From assembly GCA_963790475.1 (NCBI GenBank), contig CAWBOS010000010.1, positions 1,654,961-1,718,960 of the forward strand: a DNA stretch of 64,000 nucleotides. Direction: 5' to 3'. Below, one piece after another: positions 36,421 through 46,579 of this stretch (positions are counted from its first letter, which is position 1; every line of letters starts with the position of its first letter). Below the pieces are notes generated by a model that had not been told where the DNA came from, did not search any database, and saw only the letters and a list, made by a program, of their open reading frames with translations. A program made the position numbers and the translations under genes. Source of the DNA: an uncultured delta proteobacterium. GTDB taxonomy: Bacteria; Desulfobacterota; RBG-13-43-22.

Positions 36421-36850
36421 ATCCTTCCTCCTTATTCAAGGGTTAGTTGAACTTTATCGAGATCGGAAATTAGAAGTCTCCCTCACCTCCTCTCCTGAAC
36501 ATCCCGAATTTCCCCAAACAGTTCAAGGGTTGGCCTTCCGGAGTGAAGACCGCACAGTATTTAATATCAAATTTGGGGGATCGAAAAGAAATGCCTTTTG
36601 GGATCGGGTCAGAGATCATCGCTCTTCTCGGGATCGTAAAAAGGAGGGGTTAAAAGCAATAAATCATAGTGTTTTCTATATCATAACTTTTTAATTAGTC
36701 AATAGCTTATTAAAAAAAGAAAGCGGGATCAGGGTTTGATCAGAGGCGCGGGGAAGATCCCCTTGTGGGTAGGGGGCCCCCAGGGGACTAAAATAATCGG
36801 CCTTTTCTTCATAATGAAGATTCCCAACAGTTAGGTGAAGGCCATTTTTA

Positions 36851-38569
36851 TCAGAAGCTAAAAGTACTGTCCATCTCCTCATCGCTGATCATAACCACGG
36901 TATTGTGCGGCGGAAGGGGTTCCTTATAAAAATATTCTGGCAGCCGATCATCCCGGTTGGTGAACCCTGCTCGGCGATTAAAATCCAGTTCGGCCTTTAA
37001 AACGCGTATCCCCATTTCGGTTATGGCCTCCGGACCAAGCTGGGTGCCGAGTTTGGCATTCAACACCTTAAGAAAGGCCGCGCCCCCTTCCGGTGTGGAC
37101 ATGGCCCCCAGGGTAAAGACGCAAAGACCGGTGCAATCCAGTGCGGCCACGGCAATCTGGGCGTTTCGCGAGGCCTGGACCTGGCCGTCAGGTTTCAAAG
37201 GATTGAGACGTCCGGCCAGGGAAGGGCCGACCAGATTTCCGGCCGTATGATCGGCACCCATGGGAGAGGTGGAATAAGTAACGGCATTGCCTTGCAAGCC
37301 CCGGGGGTCATAGGCGGAAATACTCTGTCCTTTAACCACCGGGACCCGGCGGTGGTTGAAATGTTGCCCCACGGCCACTGGGCCGTTGCCCAGGATTCGA
37401 CCCATCTCTGTCCCCTTGACGGTTTCTTCCACCATCTCCACGGCGGCCTGGAAATCTCCGAATTTTTTATACCCGGCATCCATGGCCACGGCGATAGCCA
37501 CACCGGTACTGATGGTATCCAGTCCGATGTCGTCACAGAGGAAATCCAGTCGGGCTATGGTATCCAGGTCACCGATCCCGATCATCCCCCCCATAGACCA
37601 GATAGTCTCGTATTCCAGGGAAGAGGTTATATATTCACCTTGTTTATCAACGTATACATTGGAACAGTGAATAATGCATTGGCTGCAACCCATATGGCTG
37701 GGATTCCCGCCCCTTTCCTTGATGACTTGGGCCAGTTTCTCTCCGCTGATCTTTTCCCAATCTTCAAACACCCCCTTGCGGGCATTGTAACTGGGAAAGG
37801 CGCCCATGGCATTCACCGGGGCCACCAAACCGGCCGTCCCCAATTTCGGGAGGACCTGTCCGGAATGGGGAAAGGCCCGGATCGCCTTAGCGAAGGTCCT
37901 GGCCGCTTCCCGAAAGGCCTCCGGATCGACGATGGCATCAGGACTGTTTCCCCCCTGATCCACCACCAGGGCCTTCAAACCCTTGGACCCCATTACCGCC
38001 CCCAAGCCTCCCCGTCCCGCTGCCCGACAGGGACGGCCATCGATATCCGATCCCTGGATGGAGGCGACTTTCAGACCAAGTTCTCCGGCCGGGCCAATGC
38101 CGATCACCGAATTCTTTTCCCCATAGGACTCCAGAAGTCTCACCACCAGTTTATAGGTCCGCATTCCTTTGAATTCATTGGCCGGTAAAAGAAAAGCCTC
38201 CCCTTTTCCATCGATCCGCAAAAGATGGAGTTCCCCATCCGCGGCCTGCCCTTCCACAATAACGGCCCCAATCCCCAAACGTCCCAGGGCGGCGGCAATC
38301 GTGCCTCCACAATTGCTTTCCTTGATGGTCCCGGTCAAAGGGCTTTTGGCGCCGACTGAAATCCGGCTGGTGTTGACCAGACTCGTTCCACTTAAGAGTC
38401 CCGGTGCAAAAATGAGCTTATTTCCCGGACCCAAGGGGTCGCATTTCGGGGGGACTTCGGCATTGATCATCACCGAAGTCAGACCACGTCCTCCCAGACC
38501 GAGATAACCTTCGGGTAATTTCTCAACCCGGATGGTTTTTTTGGACATATCCACTCTAATAATTTTCAC
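36851..38569 (-). CDS. aor: Aldehyde:ferredoxin oxidoreductase (tungstopterin AOR family)
   Basis: 572 aa with an AOR_N-type N-terminus (MKIIRVDMSKKTIRVEKLPEGYLGLGGRGLTS) and Cys ligand regions (GCSQCIIHC, DCTGLC). Confidence 0.9.
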   Translation of the reverse strand: MKIIRVDMSKKTIRVEKLPEGYLGLGGRGLTSVMINAEVPPKCDPLGPGNKLIFAPGLLSGTSLVNTSRISVGAKSPLTGTIKESNCGGTIAAALGRLGIGAVIVEGQAADGELHLLRIDGKGEAFLLPANEFKGMRTYKLVVRLLESYGEKNSVIGIGPAGELGLKVASIQGSDIDGRPCRAAGRGGLGAVMGSKGLKALVVDQGGNSPDAIVDPEAFREAARTFAKAIRAFPHSGQVLPKLGTAGLVAPVNAMGAFPSYNARKGVFEDWEKISGEKLAQVIKERGGNPSHMGCSQCIIHCSNVYVDKQGEYITSSLEYETIWSMGGMIGIGDLDTIARLDFLCDDIGLDTISTGVAIAVAMDAGYKKFGDFQAAVEMVEETVKGTEMGRILGNGPVAVGQHFNHRRVPVVKGQSISAYDPRGLQGNAVTYSTSPMGADHTAGNLVGPSLAGRLNPLKPDGQVQASRNAQIAVAALDCTGLCVFTLGAMSTPEGGAAFLKVLNAKLGTQLGPEAITEMGIRVLKAELDFNRRAGFTNRDDRLPEYFYKEPLPPHNTVVMISDEEMDSTFSF

Positions 38570-38756
38570 AATACCGCTCCTAATTAATACAGGCGTATTA
38601 ATTTCTTGAAATAATTCTATTTCTATCTATGATGATGTTAAAAAGAATTCCGCCGAGAAAGGAAAAGAGCTGATAACAAGATAAACTTACCATAATCTCC
38701 AACCCATGTCATCCCGGATTTCAGGGAGGTCATGGCCTTTAATGAAGGGGAAAACC

Positions 38757-39584
38757 ATGGACAATAGATCGGAAGAAAGGTTGCTAACAGCTCAAGACGG
38801 GATAAATATTTTAATGACCCGAAATTTCAAAGACCGTCCCAGGGCGGTGGTGGTAATCGTTCATGGAATATGTGAACATTCAGGGCGCTATGACCACACC
38901 GCCTCCCGGTTCAATGAATGGGACTATTCGGTTTATCGATTTGACCTCCGGGGTCATGGACGTTCCGGAGGCCAGCGGGGATTTGTAGAAAACTATGAAC
39001 GTTTTATTGACGATACCGACCTGGTCCTTAATGTCGCCCGGCAGGAAAATCTCGGACTTCCGATCTTTCTTTTGGGCCACAGTATGGGAGGATTTATATC
39101 CGTAGCCTATGGGGTTAAGCACCCGGACCGTCTTTCCGGGCTTATTCATTCCGGGGCGGCGGTCATGGTCCTCCCGGCGGTGAAAGATCTGGGAGAGAAC
39201 TTCGATTACAACGCAATGGCTTTATCCCCTGTTCCTAATTCCCTGTCCAACCTGATCAGCCGGGACCCGAAGGTCGTCAAGGCTTATGACGACGATCCTC
39301 TGGTGCTCAAAGAGTTTACCATGAAGCTTATGGGAGAAATTTTTATCACCGGAGTGAATTGGTTGTTGGAGAATATGAGTAGCTACCGTTCTCCCTGCTT
39401 AATCCTTCACGGCGGGGATGACCAGATCGTCCCCGCCGAGTCCTCACGAAATCTGTATAATCGAATCGCCTCAACGGACAAGCAGATCAAGATCTACGAA
39501 GGTCTCTATCACGAAATCCTGAACGAACCGGAAAAGGAAACCGTGCTCACTGATATCCATCAATGGATCGAAGACCGGATTTGA
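38757..39584 (+). CDS. Alpha/beta hydrolase (lysophospholipase/monoacylglycerol lipase-like)
   Basis: Contains the GHSMGG nucleophile elbow, HG..EH and a C-terminal LYHEILNE. The start is chosen at the ATG with AAGGGGA upstream. The tracked ORF starts at 38706. Confidence 0.85.
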   Translation: MDNRSEERLLTAQDGINILMTRNFKDRPRAVVVIVHGICEHSGRYDHTASRFNEWDYSVYRFDLRGHGRSGGQRGFVENYERFIDDTDLVLNVARQENLGLPIFLLGHSMGGFISVAYGVKHPDRLSGLIHSGAAVMVLPAVKDLGENFDYNAMALSPVPNSLSNLISRDPKVVKAYDDDPLVLKEFTMKLMGEIFITGVNWLLENMSSYRSPCLILHGGDDQIVPAESSRNLYNRIASTDKQIKIYEGLYHEILNEPEKETVLTDIHQWIEDRI

Positions 39585-39681
39585 AATATTGAAAGATGCA
39601 CAGAATTTATTCACCCCAGTAAGAGCTTTAGCCTGCGCTCCTCTCCTAATCAATACATAAACCACAAATTTCTCTTACGAA

Positions 39682-39767
39682 GTCGTCACCCCGGAGAAAG
39701 CCGGGGGTCCAGGAGAGTAAGCACGGTTAGAAACACTGGATTCCGGCTTTCGCCGGAATGACGAACG
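39682..39767. repeat. Palindromic intergenic repeat, family A copy 3
   Basis: Left arm GTCGTCACCCCGGAGAAAGCCGGGGGTCCAGG and right arm CTGGATTCCGGCTTTCGCCGGAATGACGAAC. Confidence 0.75.
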
Positions 39768-39916
39768 CGGGCCTTTGATGTTTTTTTAGGATCTAATCAA
39801 TAGTTGAGAAAAGTATCACATCTTTTAGTCTAAGAGTTTTCCTTCTACATTATCATGCTTGATGTTGCCCTCAAGGATATGAGCCTTTCATTGGTAATCT
39901 TGAACCCTGTTTTTAA

Positions 39917-41182
39917 TTACTTCCTCTCAATAATCATACAGATCCCCTGACCGCCGCCCCCGCAGATGGTTTCCAGTCCGTACCGGCAATCCCGGCGGGT
40001 CATTTCGTTGACCAGGGTGGTCAAACGCATGGTCCCGGTGGCCCCGATGGGATGACCCAGAGAAATACCTGAACCGTTTACATTGACTTTGGCCTCCATG
40101 GCCTGGTCATCAAGACCCGAAAGGCGGCCGTCGGCCAGGGCTTGAACGGCAAAGGCCTCTTGAACCTCGATCAAATCGATCTGGTCAATGGTCAGGCCGA
40201 CCTTTTGCAAAGCTTTGTTGACTGAGGCCGGAACCGCCGGATAGGTCAGAGTCGGATCCGTAGCGGCCACTGCGCAGGAACGATAATAGGCCAGGGGTTT
40301 TGCACCCAGGGCCTTGGCCTTTTTTTCCGAGGCCAGGACCATCACGGACGCACCGTCATTCTCAGAGGAGGAGTTCCCCGCCGTACACACACCGTCCTGG
40401 TAAACCGGACGTAGTTTGGCCAGCCTCTCCAGCGTGGTATCCCTTCTCGGCCCTTCATCCGTATTGAAAAAGAGGGGCTGGCCGTCTTTCCCTTTGCCGA
40501 GGGGAATGGACACGATTTCCTGAGCGAATTTGCCGGCATCCTGAGCGGCAATAGCCCGTTGATGGCTCCGGAAGGCCCAGCGATCGGCCTCTTCCCTGGA
40601 AATATTTTCTTTCTTTGCCGCCGCCTCGGCCCAGGTCATCATGGAACTCAATTCACCGTAGCGGGCAACGGGCTGAGACATGACCCTGGCCCTCTGAATA
40701 CGGTCATAAAAAGGGAGGCCCCACATGGCCAGGGCCCCATGCCCCCGGGGCATGAAACCATACTTTTCGTGGTTTTTACCACCGAGTCCCCATCTGATAT
40801 CTCCGGGGATGTAAAGTTCGGCCTGACTCATACTGTCCATCCCGCCGGCAATGACGATGTCCGCATCACCGGTCTGGATTTTCAAGGCCCCATAGTAGAT
40901 GGCTTCCAATCCGGAGCAGCAACGCCGGTCCAGGACCACCCCCGGAACCGTATCCGGCCAATCGGCCTCCAGAACAGCCATGCGCGCTCCATTGGCACAT
41001 TCCCCGTTCTGATAAGCGGTCCCCATGATCACATCTTCGACAAGGGCCGGTTCGATATTGGCCCGCTTGACCGCTTCGTTAAGGACCAGACTCCCCAGTT
41101 GGTAAACCGGGATGTCCTTTAAAGCACCGCCGTAACTCCCGATGGGGGTACGGACACAACTGAGAATGACTACGTTTTCCAT
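39917..41182 (-). CDS. Acetyl-CoA C-acyltransferase (thiolase)
   Basis: 421 aa with the active-site Cys region (RRCCSGLEA) and the C-terminal motifs NVNGSGISLGHPIGATG and CGGGGQG. Confidence 0.92.
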   Translation of the reverse strand: MENVVILSCVRTPIGSYGGALKDIPVYQLGSLVLNEAVKRANIEPALVEDVIMGTAYQNGECANGARMAVLEADWPDTVPGVVLDRRCCSGLEAIYYGALKIQTGDADIVIAGGMDSMSQAELYIPGDIRWGLGGKNHEKYGFMPRGHGALAMWGLPFYDRIQRARVMSQPVARYGELSSMMTWAEAAAKKENISREEADRWAFRSHQRAIAAQDAGKFAQEIVSIPLGKGKDGQPLFFNTDEGPRRDTTLERLAKLRPVYQDGVCTAGNSSSENDGASVMVLASEKKAKALGAKPLAYYRSCAVAATDPTLTYPAVPASVNKALQKVGLTIDQIDLIEVQEAFAVQALADGRLSGLDDQAMEAKVNVNGSGISLGHPIGATGTMRLTTLVNEMTRRDCRYGLETICGGGGQGICMIIERK

Positions 41183-41302
41183 AAATTTTTCTCCCTTTTT
41201 TGTAAGTAAATAAAATTTATCTCTTTTTGTGAGGTGGGCTACAATTCCAGATAATGGAAAGAAATATAGAATAAACCGAGAAGCAGGGTCAAGGAGAAAA
41301 AA

Positions 41303-42760
41303 TTACAAAGACGGACGGCGGAGGTGATGATCCGTGGTCTGCTCAAAGGCGTAGGCAGTCTGGAGGACTTTTTCCTCCTCGAAATGGTTTCCCAGGATTT
41401 GCAGCCCGATAGGCAACCCTTGCGCACTAAAACCGCAGGGCAACGATAGACCGGGGATACCGGCCAGATTGGCCGATATGGTGAAGATATCGGTCAAATA
41501 CATCTGCAAAGGATCGGAGACCTTTTCTCCCAGGCGAAAGGCCGGCGTAGGGGCCACCGGGGTGATGATCAGATCACAGGTCTCAAAGGCCTTCTGAAAA
41601 TCCTGATGGATCAGAGTCCGCACCTGGGAGGCCTTTCGATAGTAGGCATCGTAATACCCGGCCGACAAGACATAGGTCCCCAGCATGATCCGGCGAATGA
41701 CTTCCGGACCAAACCCTCGAGTGCGGGTCTTTTGATACATCTCCATCAGACTGCATTCATCGGGATCTCGAAATCCATATTTGACCCCGTCATACCGAGC
41801 CAGGTTGGAACTGGCCTCGGCCATGGCAATGATATAATAAACGGCAATGGCGTATTCCGTATGAGGCAGGGTAATTTCCCTGCAGACGGCCCCCAGATCG
41901 GTAAAAACGGTAATGGCCTTTCGTATCGCCTGCTCCACTTCGGGGTCCATCCCGGTCACAAAGTATTCCTTGGGAATTCCCAGGGTCAATCCCTTTACAC
42001 CCTTTCGCAAATTAGCGGTGTAATCCGGCACCTCCCGCGGGACCGAAGTGGAATCTCGGGGGTCATGACCGCAGATAACATTCATCACCAGGGCGCAATC
42101 AGAAACTTCTTTGGTCAGGGGTCCGATTTGGTCCAGGGAAGAGGCATAGGCGACCAATCCGAATCGGGATACCCGGCCGTAGGTGGGCTTCATGCCCACC
42201 ACTCCGCAGTGGGAAGCCGGTTGACGGATAGACCCCCCGGTATCCGATCCTATGGCCGCCAGACATTCTCCGGCGGCCACGGCGGCGGCCGATCCCCCAC
42301 TGGACCCCCCCGGGATGTAGTCCGGATTCCAGGGATTATGCGTATTTTTGAAGGCCGAATTTTCCGTCGAAGAACCCATGGCAAATTCGTCCATGTTGGT
42401 TTTGCCAAGGAGAACGATCCCCTCTTTTTGCAGTCGGCTCATAACCGTGGCATCAAAAGGGGGAATATAATTTTCCAGGATCCGCGAGGCACAGGTGGTT
42501 TTCATTCCCCGGGTGGAAATCAAATCCTTAACCGCAATGGGAATGCCGGTCAAAGGGCCGATCCGTCCTCGGGAAATTTCTTCATCGGCCTGACCGGCCT
42601 GTTCCAGGGCCGATTCAGGGGTCAGCGTGATATAGGCCCCAACTTTAGGTTCCACCTGATCAATCCTGTCCAATACGGACCTGGTCAATTCCAAAGAACT
42701 GACCGTTCCGCTTTTTAATTTTTCGTGGGCCTCGCTAATGGTTAATTCATAGAGTTCCAT
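41303..42760 (-). CDS. gatA: Glu-tRNA(Gln)/Asp-tRNA(Asn) amidotransferase subunit A
   Basis: 485 aa with the amidase signature [24 protein letters not shown]. Located downstream of gatC. Confidence 0.95.
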   Translation of the reverse strand: MELYELTISEAHEKLKSGTVSSLELTRSVLDRIDQVEPKVGAYITLTPESALEQAGQADEEISRGRIGPLTGIPIAVKDLISTRGMKTTCASRILENYIPPFDATVMSRLQKEGIVLLGKTNMDEFAMGSSTENSAFKNTHNPWNPDYIPGGSSGGSAAAVAAGECLAAIGSDTGGSIRQPASHCGVVGMKPTYGRVSRFGLVAYASSLDQIGPLTKEVSDCALVMNVICGHDPRDSTSVPREVPDYTANLRKGVKGLTLGIPKEYFVTGMDPEVEQAIRKAITVFTDLGAVCREITLPHTEYAIAVYYIIAMAEASSNLARYDGVKYGFRDPDECSLMEMYQKTRTRGFGPEVIRRIMLGTYVLSAGYYDAYYRKASQVRTLIHQDFQKAFETCDLIITPVAPTPAFRLGEKVSDPLQMYLTDIFTISANLAGIPGLSLPCGFSAQGLPIGLQILGNHFEEEKVLQTAYAFEQTTDHHLRRPSL

Positions 42761-42777
42761 GGGGCACCTTGATTTTT

Positions 42778-42870
42778 GTTACTCGTTACTCGTTACTGGT
42801 TGCTCGTTTCTTGTTGAAGTTAATTTTATTGCTTTTAACGAGTAACAAGTAACCAGCAACAAGCAACCGG
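42778..42870 (-). repeat. Long imperfect hairpin built from heptamer repeats in the gatC-gatA spacer
   Basis: The plus-strand arm reads GTTACTC GTTACTC GTTACTG GTTGCTC GTTTCTT GTTGAAG, with mirrored heptamers on the other arm. In the mRNA (minus) sense, 42851-42867 pairs with 42785-42801 as 17 contiguous bp including 3 G-U pairs. On the plus sense those three positions would be A-C mismatches. Confidence 0.7.
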
Positions 42871-42873
42871 CAG

Positions 42874-43158
42874 TTAAATCACCTTGGGCACCACAAAGGC
42901 CGAGCCCCCCTGTTCCGGGGCCAGGGCCAGGACATCCTCGCGATCCAGGGATGGAAGAACCCGATCTTCCCGAAAGGCATTGGACAGATGCAGGGCGTGG
43001 GTCGTGGGTTCAATACCGGAGGTATCCAATTCTGACAATTTTTCCATATAACTCAGAATATTATTGAGTTGCTGAGTGACGGTGTCTATCTCTTCCGATC
43101 CCAACTGCAACCGGGCCAGAAAGGCGATATGCTCCACTTCCGGTTTGGAAAGTTTCAT
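42874..43158 (-). CDS. gatC: Glu-tRNA(Gln)/Asp-tRNA(Asn) amidotransferase subunit C
   Basis: 94 aa with VEHIAFLARLQL..EE......L..IL.Y...L.E.DT. Confidence 0.9.
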   Translation of the reverse strand: MKLSKPEVEHIAFLARLQLGSEEIDTVTQQLNNILSYMEKLSELDTSGIEPTTHALHLSNAFREDRVLPSLDREDVLALAPEQGGSAFVVPKVI

Positions 43159-43164
43159 TGGATA

Positions 43165-44199
43165 TCAAACCCTTTTCCAGAAATTTTTTTGAATGGACCA
43201 GACCTTTTCGATGATCGGCAAGTCCGGACGAGGGTCAGGATGTTGTTCCTGGGAGGAAAGGATGGTTTCTCCCCGAAGCTCATTAAGGACTGCCTTGACC
43301 GAAAGGTTGAGACCTTCCAGATGATATCCTCCTTCCAAGGATAATAACAACCGGCCTTGACAGACCTCCTTAGCCAATTCCATCAGGGTCTGGGTCATTC
43401 GGGCAAATCCTTTGGGAGTCACCAGCATTGCCCCCAAAGGGTCCTCATAATAGATGTCAAACCCGGCAGAGACCAGGATGAGATCGGGCTTGAATTGACG
43501 GCCTATGGGCTGGAGAATCCTTTCAAATATCTGGGCATAGTCTTCATCCTGATAACCGCTGGAAAGGGGGCAATTGACCGTATACCCGCAGGCCGGGTCT
43601 CCACCTACCTCACCCACAGCCCCCGTTCCGGGATAATAAGGGTACTGATGAGTGGAAAAATACAGAACCCGGTCGTTCGCCCAAAAAGAGTGCTGAGTCC
43701 CGTTGCCGTGATGGAGGTCCCAATCGACGATCAGGATCCTTCCCAGACCGCTATGCCTACGGGCATACTCGGCGGCCAGGGCCACATTATTGAACAGGCA
43801 AAACCCCATGGCCCGATAGGCTTCAGCGTGATGGCCCGGCGGCCGGATGAGGGCAAAGCCGTTATCGATCTTCCCGGCCAGCAAGGCATCTATCAATGCG
43901 AAAAGACCTCCGGCGGCCATCAGGGCCGCTTCATAGGATTTAGCGGAAGTCTGCGTATCCGGGTCCAAAGAGACAAAAGACTTTCCAGACGTGGAGGCTA
44001 TCTTTTTAATATGTTCCGGAGTATGGATATAAGCCAGCTCCTCCGGGGTGGCCAAGCGGGGCTGGATAGATTTCAACCGGCCGGAAAAGCAGTCTTCCAG
44101 CATCTGATAAAGAACTTCCAACCGTTGGGGGCTTTCCACGTGGGGAACCCCCCGAATATGTTCCAGATAGATGGGGTCTTTTACAATGCCGGTTTTCAC
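43165..44199 (-). CDS. Histone deacetylase-family (AcuC/Aph-type) deacetylase
   Basis: 344 aa with RPPGHHA, DWDLHHGNGTQ and SLEGGY. Confidence 0.9.
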   Translation of the reverse strand: MKTGIVKDPIYLEHIRGVPHVESPQRLEVLYQMLEDCFSGRLKSIQPRLATPEELAYIHTPEHIKKIASTSGKSFVSLDPDTQTSAKSYEAALMAAGGLFALIDALLAGKIDNGFALIRPPGHHAEAYRAMGFCLFNNVALAAEYARRHSGLGRILIVDWDLHHGNGTQHSFWANDRVLYFSTHQYPYYPGTGAVGEVGGDPACGYTVNCPLSSGYQDEDYAQIFERILQPIGRQFKPDLILVSAGFDIYYEDPLGAMLVTPKGFARMTQTLMELAKEVCQGRLLLSLEGGYHLEGLNLSVKAVLNELRGETILSSQEQHPDPRPDLPIIEKVWSIQKNFWKRV

Positions 44200-44400
44200 T
44201 GGTTACACCCTCCAATAAATTGGGAGTAAGTTAACAACAGGTCATGGAAGATGTCAAGAATGAAATCAAAGATCGGGTCTGGCCTTCTCTCGGGACGAAT
44301 TGGTCAGTAATTTGGGCAAGAGGTCGGAATTTAAATTAAATTCCGGCACAAGGCCAAATAAGTTTACCCCATTTTAATCATTTTTCAGGCAACTTCGAGA

Positions 44401-45750
44401 TCAAATCCTCCAGGGTAAATAGGCCTTCATAGTTTGACTGACCTGTCGAAGCCAGGTTTGGGAGTAGATATAATTAACCATCATCCCGCATGATTCCATC
44501 ACCCCACGGGGGAAATGATTGGCAGCAAAGTTTATGTTTTTCAGACCTACGGTTGCTCCATTGCCTAAGTGAAAATTGGCCACGGCATTGAGGGGCTTCC
44601 CTTGCCGATCTTTTTCCTGAGATATGTAAAAATAAACCAAATCTGTCAAAGGTTTCTTTAATATTCTGAGGTATTCCGGATCTTCAATCCATCGCGGGTC
44701 GGAAAGAATTTCTAAAAGTACGGCACCGAGATCGGTGGCCTTTTTACCCGATTTTATATGATGGATTTCAAAGAGGGATTGTCGGATTTTTTCTGAAAAT
44801 AATTCCAGTAAACGATCCCTGTTTATTTGGAAGGAATCATATTCTCCTTTGAGGAGCGGTTTGAAATATCGCTCCCAGAACCCCGGGATTGGGCTTAGGG
44901 TGGCAAAGGTTTTTATGCCAGGATAATTTTTTTCTAAGATTTCGACGACCTGAAATATTAGGACCTTGCCCAAACCCAATCCGGACAAACCGTTTTGGGT
45001 ATTGTTGATAGAGTAGAATATTGACGTGTCAGGGGATTTTTTATTATTAAAATGGTTTTCTTGTTTTTCGATGATCTCGTGGATAGAAGTAGCCATACCT
45101 CGGGTTAGGGCCGCTTCGATGAAAGTAATGGGTTCATCGGGCATGAGACGGTGATAAAGGGCAAAGCATCGGCGGTCCCCCCCAAGACGGGATCCCATCT
45201 CTTCCAGGTTGGCCATGGGATGGACCAGATCGTGTTCTTTAAGATATCTAATCTGGCGGTACGGAGAATCCAGAGTGATTTCGTTGAGAAAAAGGAATCC
45301 ACCCTGGAACCAGAGATCAAAAAGCTGGGCAATATCCAGATCCAACGGCTCCAGGTTTACCGGGTATTGACGTTGAGCGGCGATCACATCTGCCCTCAGA
45401 TCCAGGAGAAATTTCAATCCGCCGGAAATGTTCAAAAAATTTCTAAAGATCCGAATTATAGGGGATTCGATTTTCCGGCGGAGGTCGCTTAGGCCTCTAA
45501 GCCATTGAATAGAGTCTTTCCCTTCGCCGGTCAACACCAGGCGTAATTCTTTTTCAATTTCTTTCATGCTGATTTCAAATTTACGAATAACCGCCTCAAA
45601 AAACCAAGGTCGGTCTTCCAAAGGAATTGCTTTGTATTGGTCCTGGAATCTAATGATTGGTTCCGGCGTGGCTTCTTTTTGGGCCTGAATGGATTTTAAC
45701 AGATCCAGGAGATCGTTGATTCTTTTTCCAGAACCTTTACTCAGTTCCAT
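44401..45750 (-). CDS. Malonyl-CoA decarboxylase-family protein
   Basis: 449 aa. The C-terminal catalytic-domain blocks (FYSINNTQNGLSGLGLG..LI, ATLSPIPGF, ANFHLGNGA) match my recollection of the MCD family. Confidence 0.65.
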   Translation of the reverse strand: MELSKGSGKRINDLLDLLKSIQAQKEATPEPIIRFQDQYKAIPLEDRPWFFEAVIRKFEISMKEIEKELRLVLTGEGKDSIQWLRGLSDLRRKIESPIIRIFRNFLNISGGLKFLLDLRADVIAAQRQYPVNLEPLDLDIAQLFDLWFQGGFLFLNEITLDSPYRQIRYLKEHDLVHPMANLEEMGSRLGGDRRCFALYHRLMPDEPITFIEAALTRGMATSIHEIIEKQENHFNNKKSPDTSIFYSINNTQNGLSGLGLGKVLIFQVVEILEKNYPGIKTFATLSPIPGFWERYFKPLLKGEYDSFQINRDRLLELFSEKIRQSLFEIHHIKSGKKATDLGAVLLEILSDPRWIEDPEYLRILKKPLTDLVYFYISQEKDRQGKPLNAVANFHLGNGATVGLKNINFAANHFPRGVMESCGMMVNYIYSQTWLRQVSQTMKAYLPWRI

Positions 45751-46203
45751 TTCCCGATTCCCTCATTTTTCTTTAAAGGATTTTATTTTGAAAAAATCGT
45801 TGTTAAGAAGGGATACCCTTTTGGTGACCATATTTATCGATCTCGGTTATCTATTATCTATCTCGGATCGGCCAGATCTGAATTAGTTCTGATATTATGC
45901 TTTTTGACTTAGTTGTTGAAAAAAAAGTATAAGACAAGAAGAAGATTGTATCAAGAAGAAAATGGGATGAACGGCGTTGAGACCTGGGGGTTTCGGGGGA
46001 AAATGGGAAAGAATTGACTGACCTCTGGCTTGGGACTTCAGCTACTAATGTTAACCAGCGGTATGCGCTTCCCTGATAGATTACCAGTTGAATATATATT
46101 CCGCCCTGAAGTCTCTCGACGGCTCCATTAAAACCTTTCCTCGACTCCGATGCCTGGCTATCCTTCGTCAACTTTCTTGTTAAATCCGGAGATGCTTCGG
46201 GTA

Positions 46204-46572
46204 TTAATGGTTGGTTTTATCTGAAAAGGCCTTCAGCCTGTTGCGAAAAAAGACCTCGGCCTCCATCGTTACACCAGCGGAAAATCGGATTAGATAAGGT
46301 TTACCTGAAAAAGAAGACTTGGAGGCGCAAAGCCGGATGAAATCTTCGGCTGTTTTTACCCGATCACCGGCCATTTTGAGTTTGAAACGCAGATGATCCG
46401 CAGCCCTCTTGGCGTCATAGGCTTTTCCATTCCTGATGAACTCCGCCCCATTCAAGGTTTCAATGGATGAAATCAGGTATTGTATTTTATTCGCTTCATG
46501 GGATTCCTGGGCAAAGGTATCGCCAATCATCAAGACTAATAATATCAATAACCCTATCCGGATTTTTTTCAT
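46204..46572 (-). CDS. Secreted DUF5329-like protein
   Basis: Start taken at MKKIRIGLLILLVLMIG (signal peptide). KIQYLISSIE..GAEFIRNGKAYDAKRAADHLRFK is consistent with DUF5329 as I recall it. Confidence 0.55.
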   Translation of the reverse strand: MKKIRIGLLILLVLMIGDTFAQESHEANKIQYLISSIETLNGAEFIRNGKAYDAKRAADHLRFKLKMAGDRVKTAEDFIRLCASKSSFSGKPYLIRFSAGVTMEAEVFFRNRLKAFSDKTNH

Positions 46573-46579
46573 TTTGTTT

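Noticed and set aside
36421-36850. Possible riboswitch or leader RNA in the 430-nt aor-ACAD spacer.
   Set aside because: I recognise no conserved riboswitch core, only a promoter-like motif and short G/C hairpins. It is noted under the ACAD/AOR finding rather than called as a feature.
37247-38188. 313-codon plus-strand ORF.
   Set aside because: It is antisense to the AOR gene, with His/Gly/Pro-rich mirror-frame composition.
41606-42718. 370-codon plus-strand ORF.
   Set aside because: It is antisense to gatA and is a Gly/Arg/His-rich mirror-frame artefact.
42778-42870. Heptamer repeat array considered as a CRISPR or minisatellite.
   Set aside because: The repeat units are 7 nt with no spacers and are arranged as two mirrored arms, so this is a hairpin and not a CRISPR array. 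It is kept as a finding on that basis.
43357-44229. 290-codon plus-strand ORF.
   Set aside because: It is antisense to the HDAC-family gene, which carries all the catalytic motifs.
45854-46171. 105-codon minus-strand ORF.
   Set aside because: The translation is low-complexity and Ser/Phe-rich across repeat-containing spacer DNA, with no RBS.
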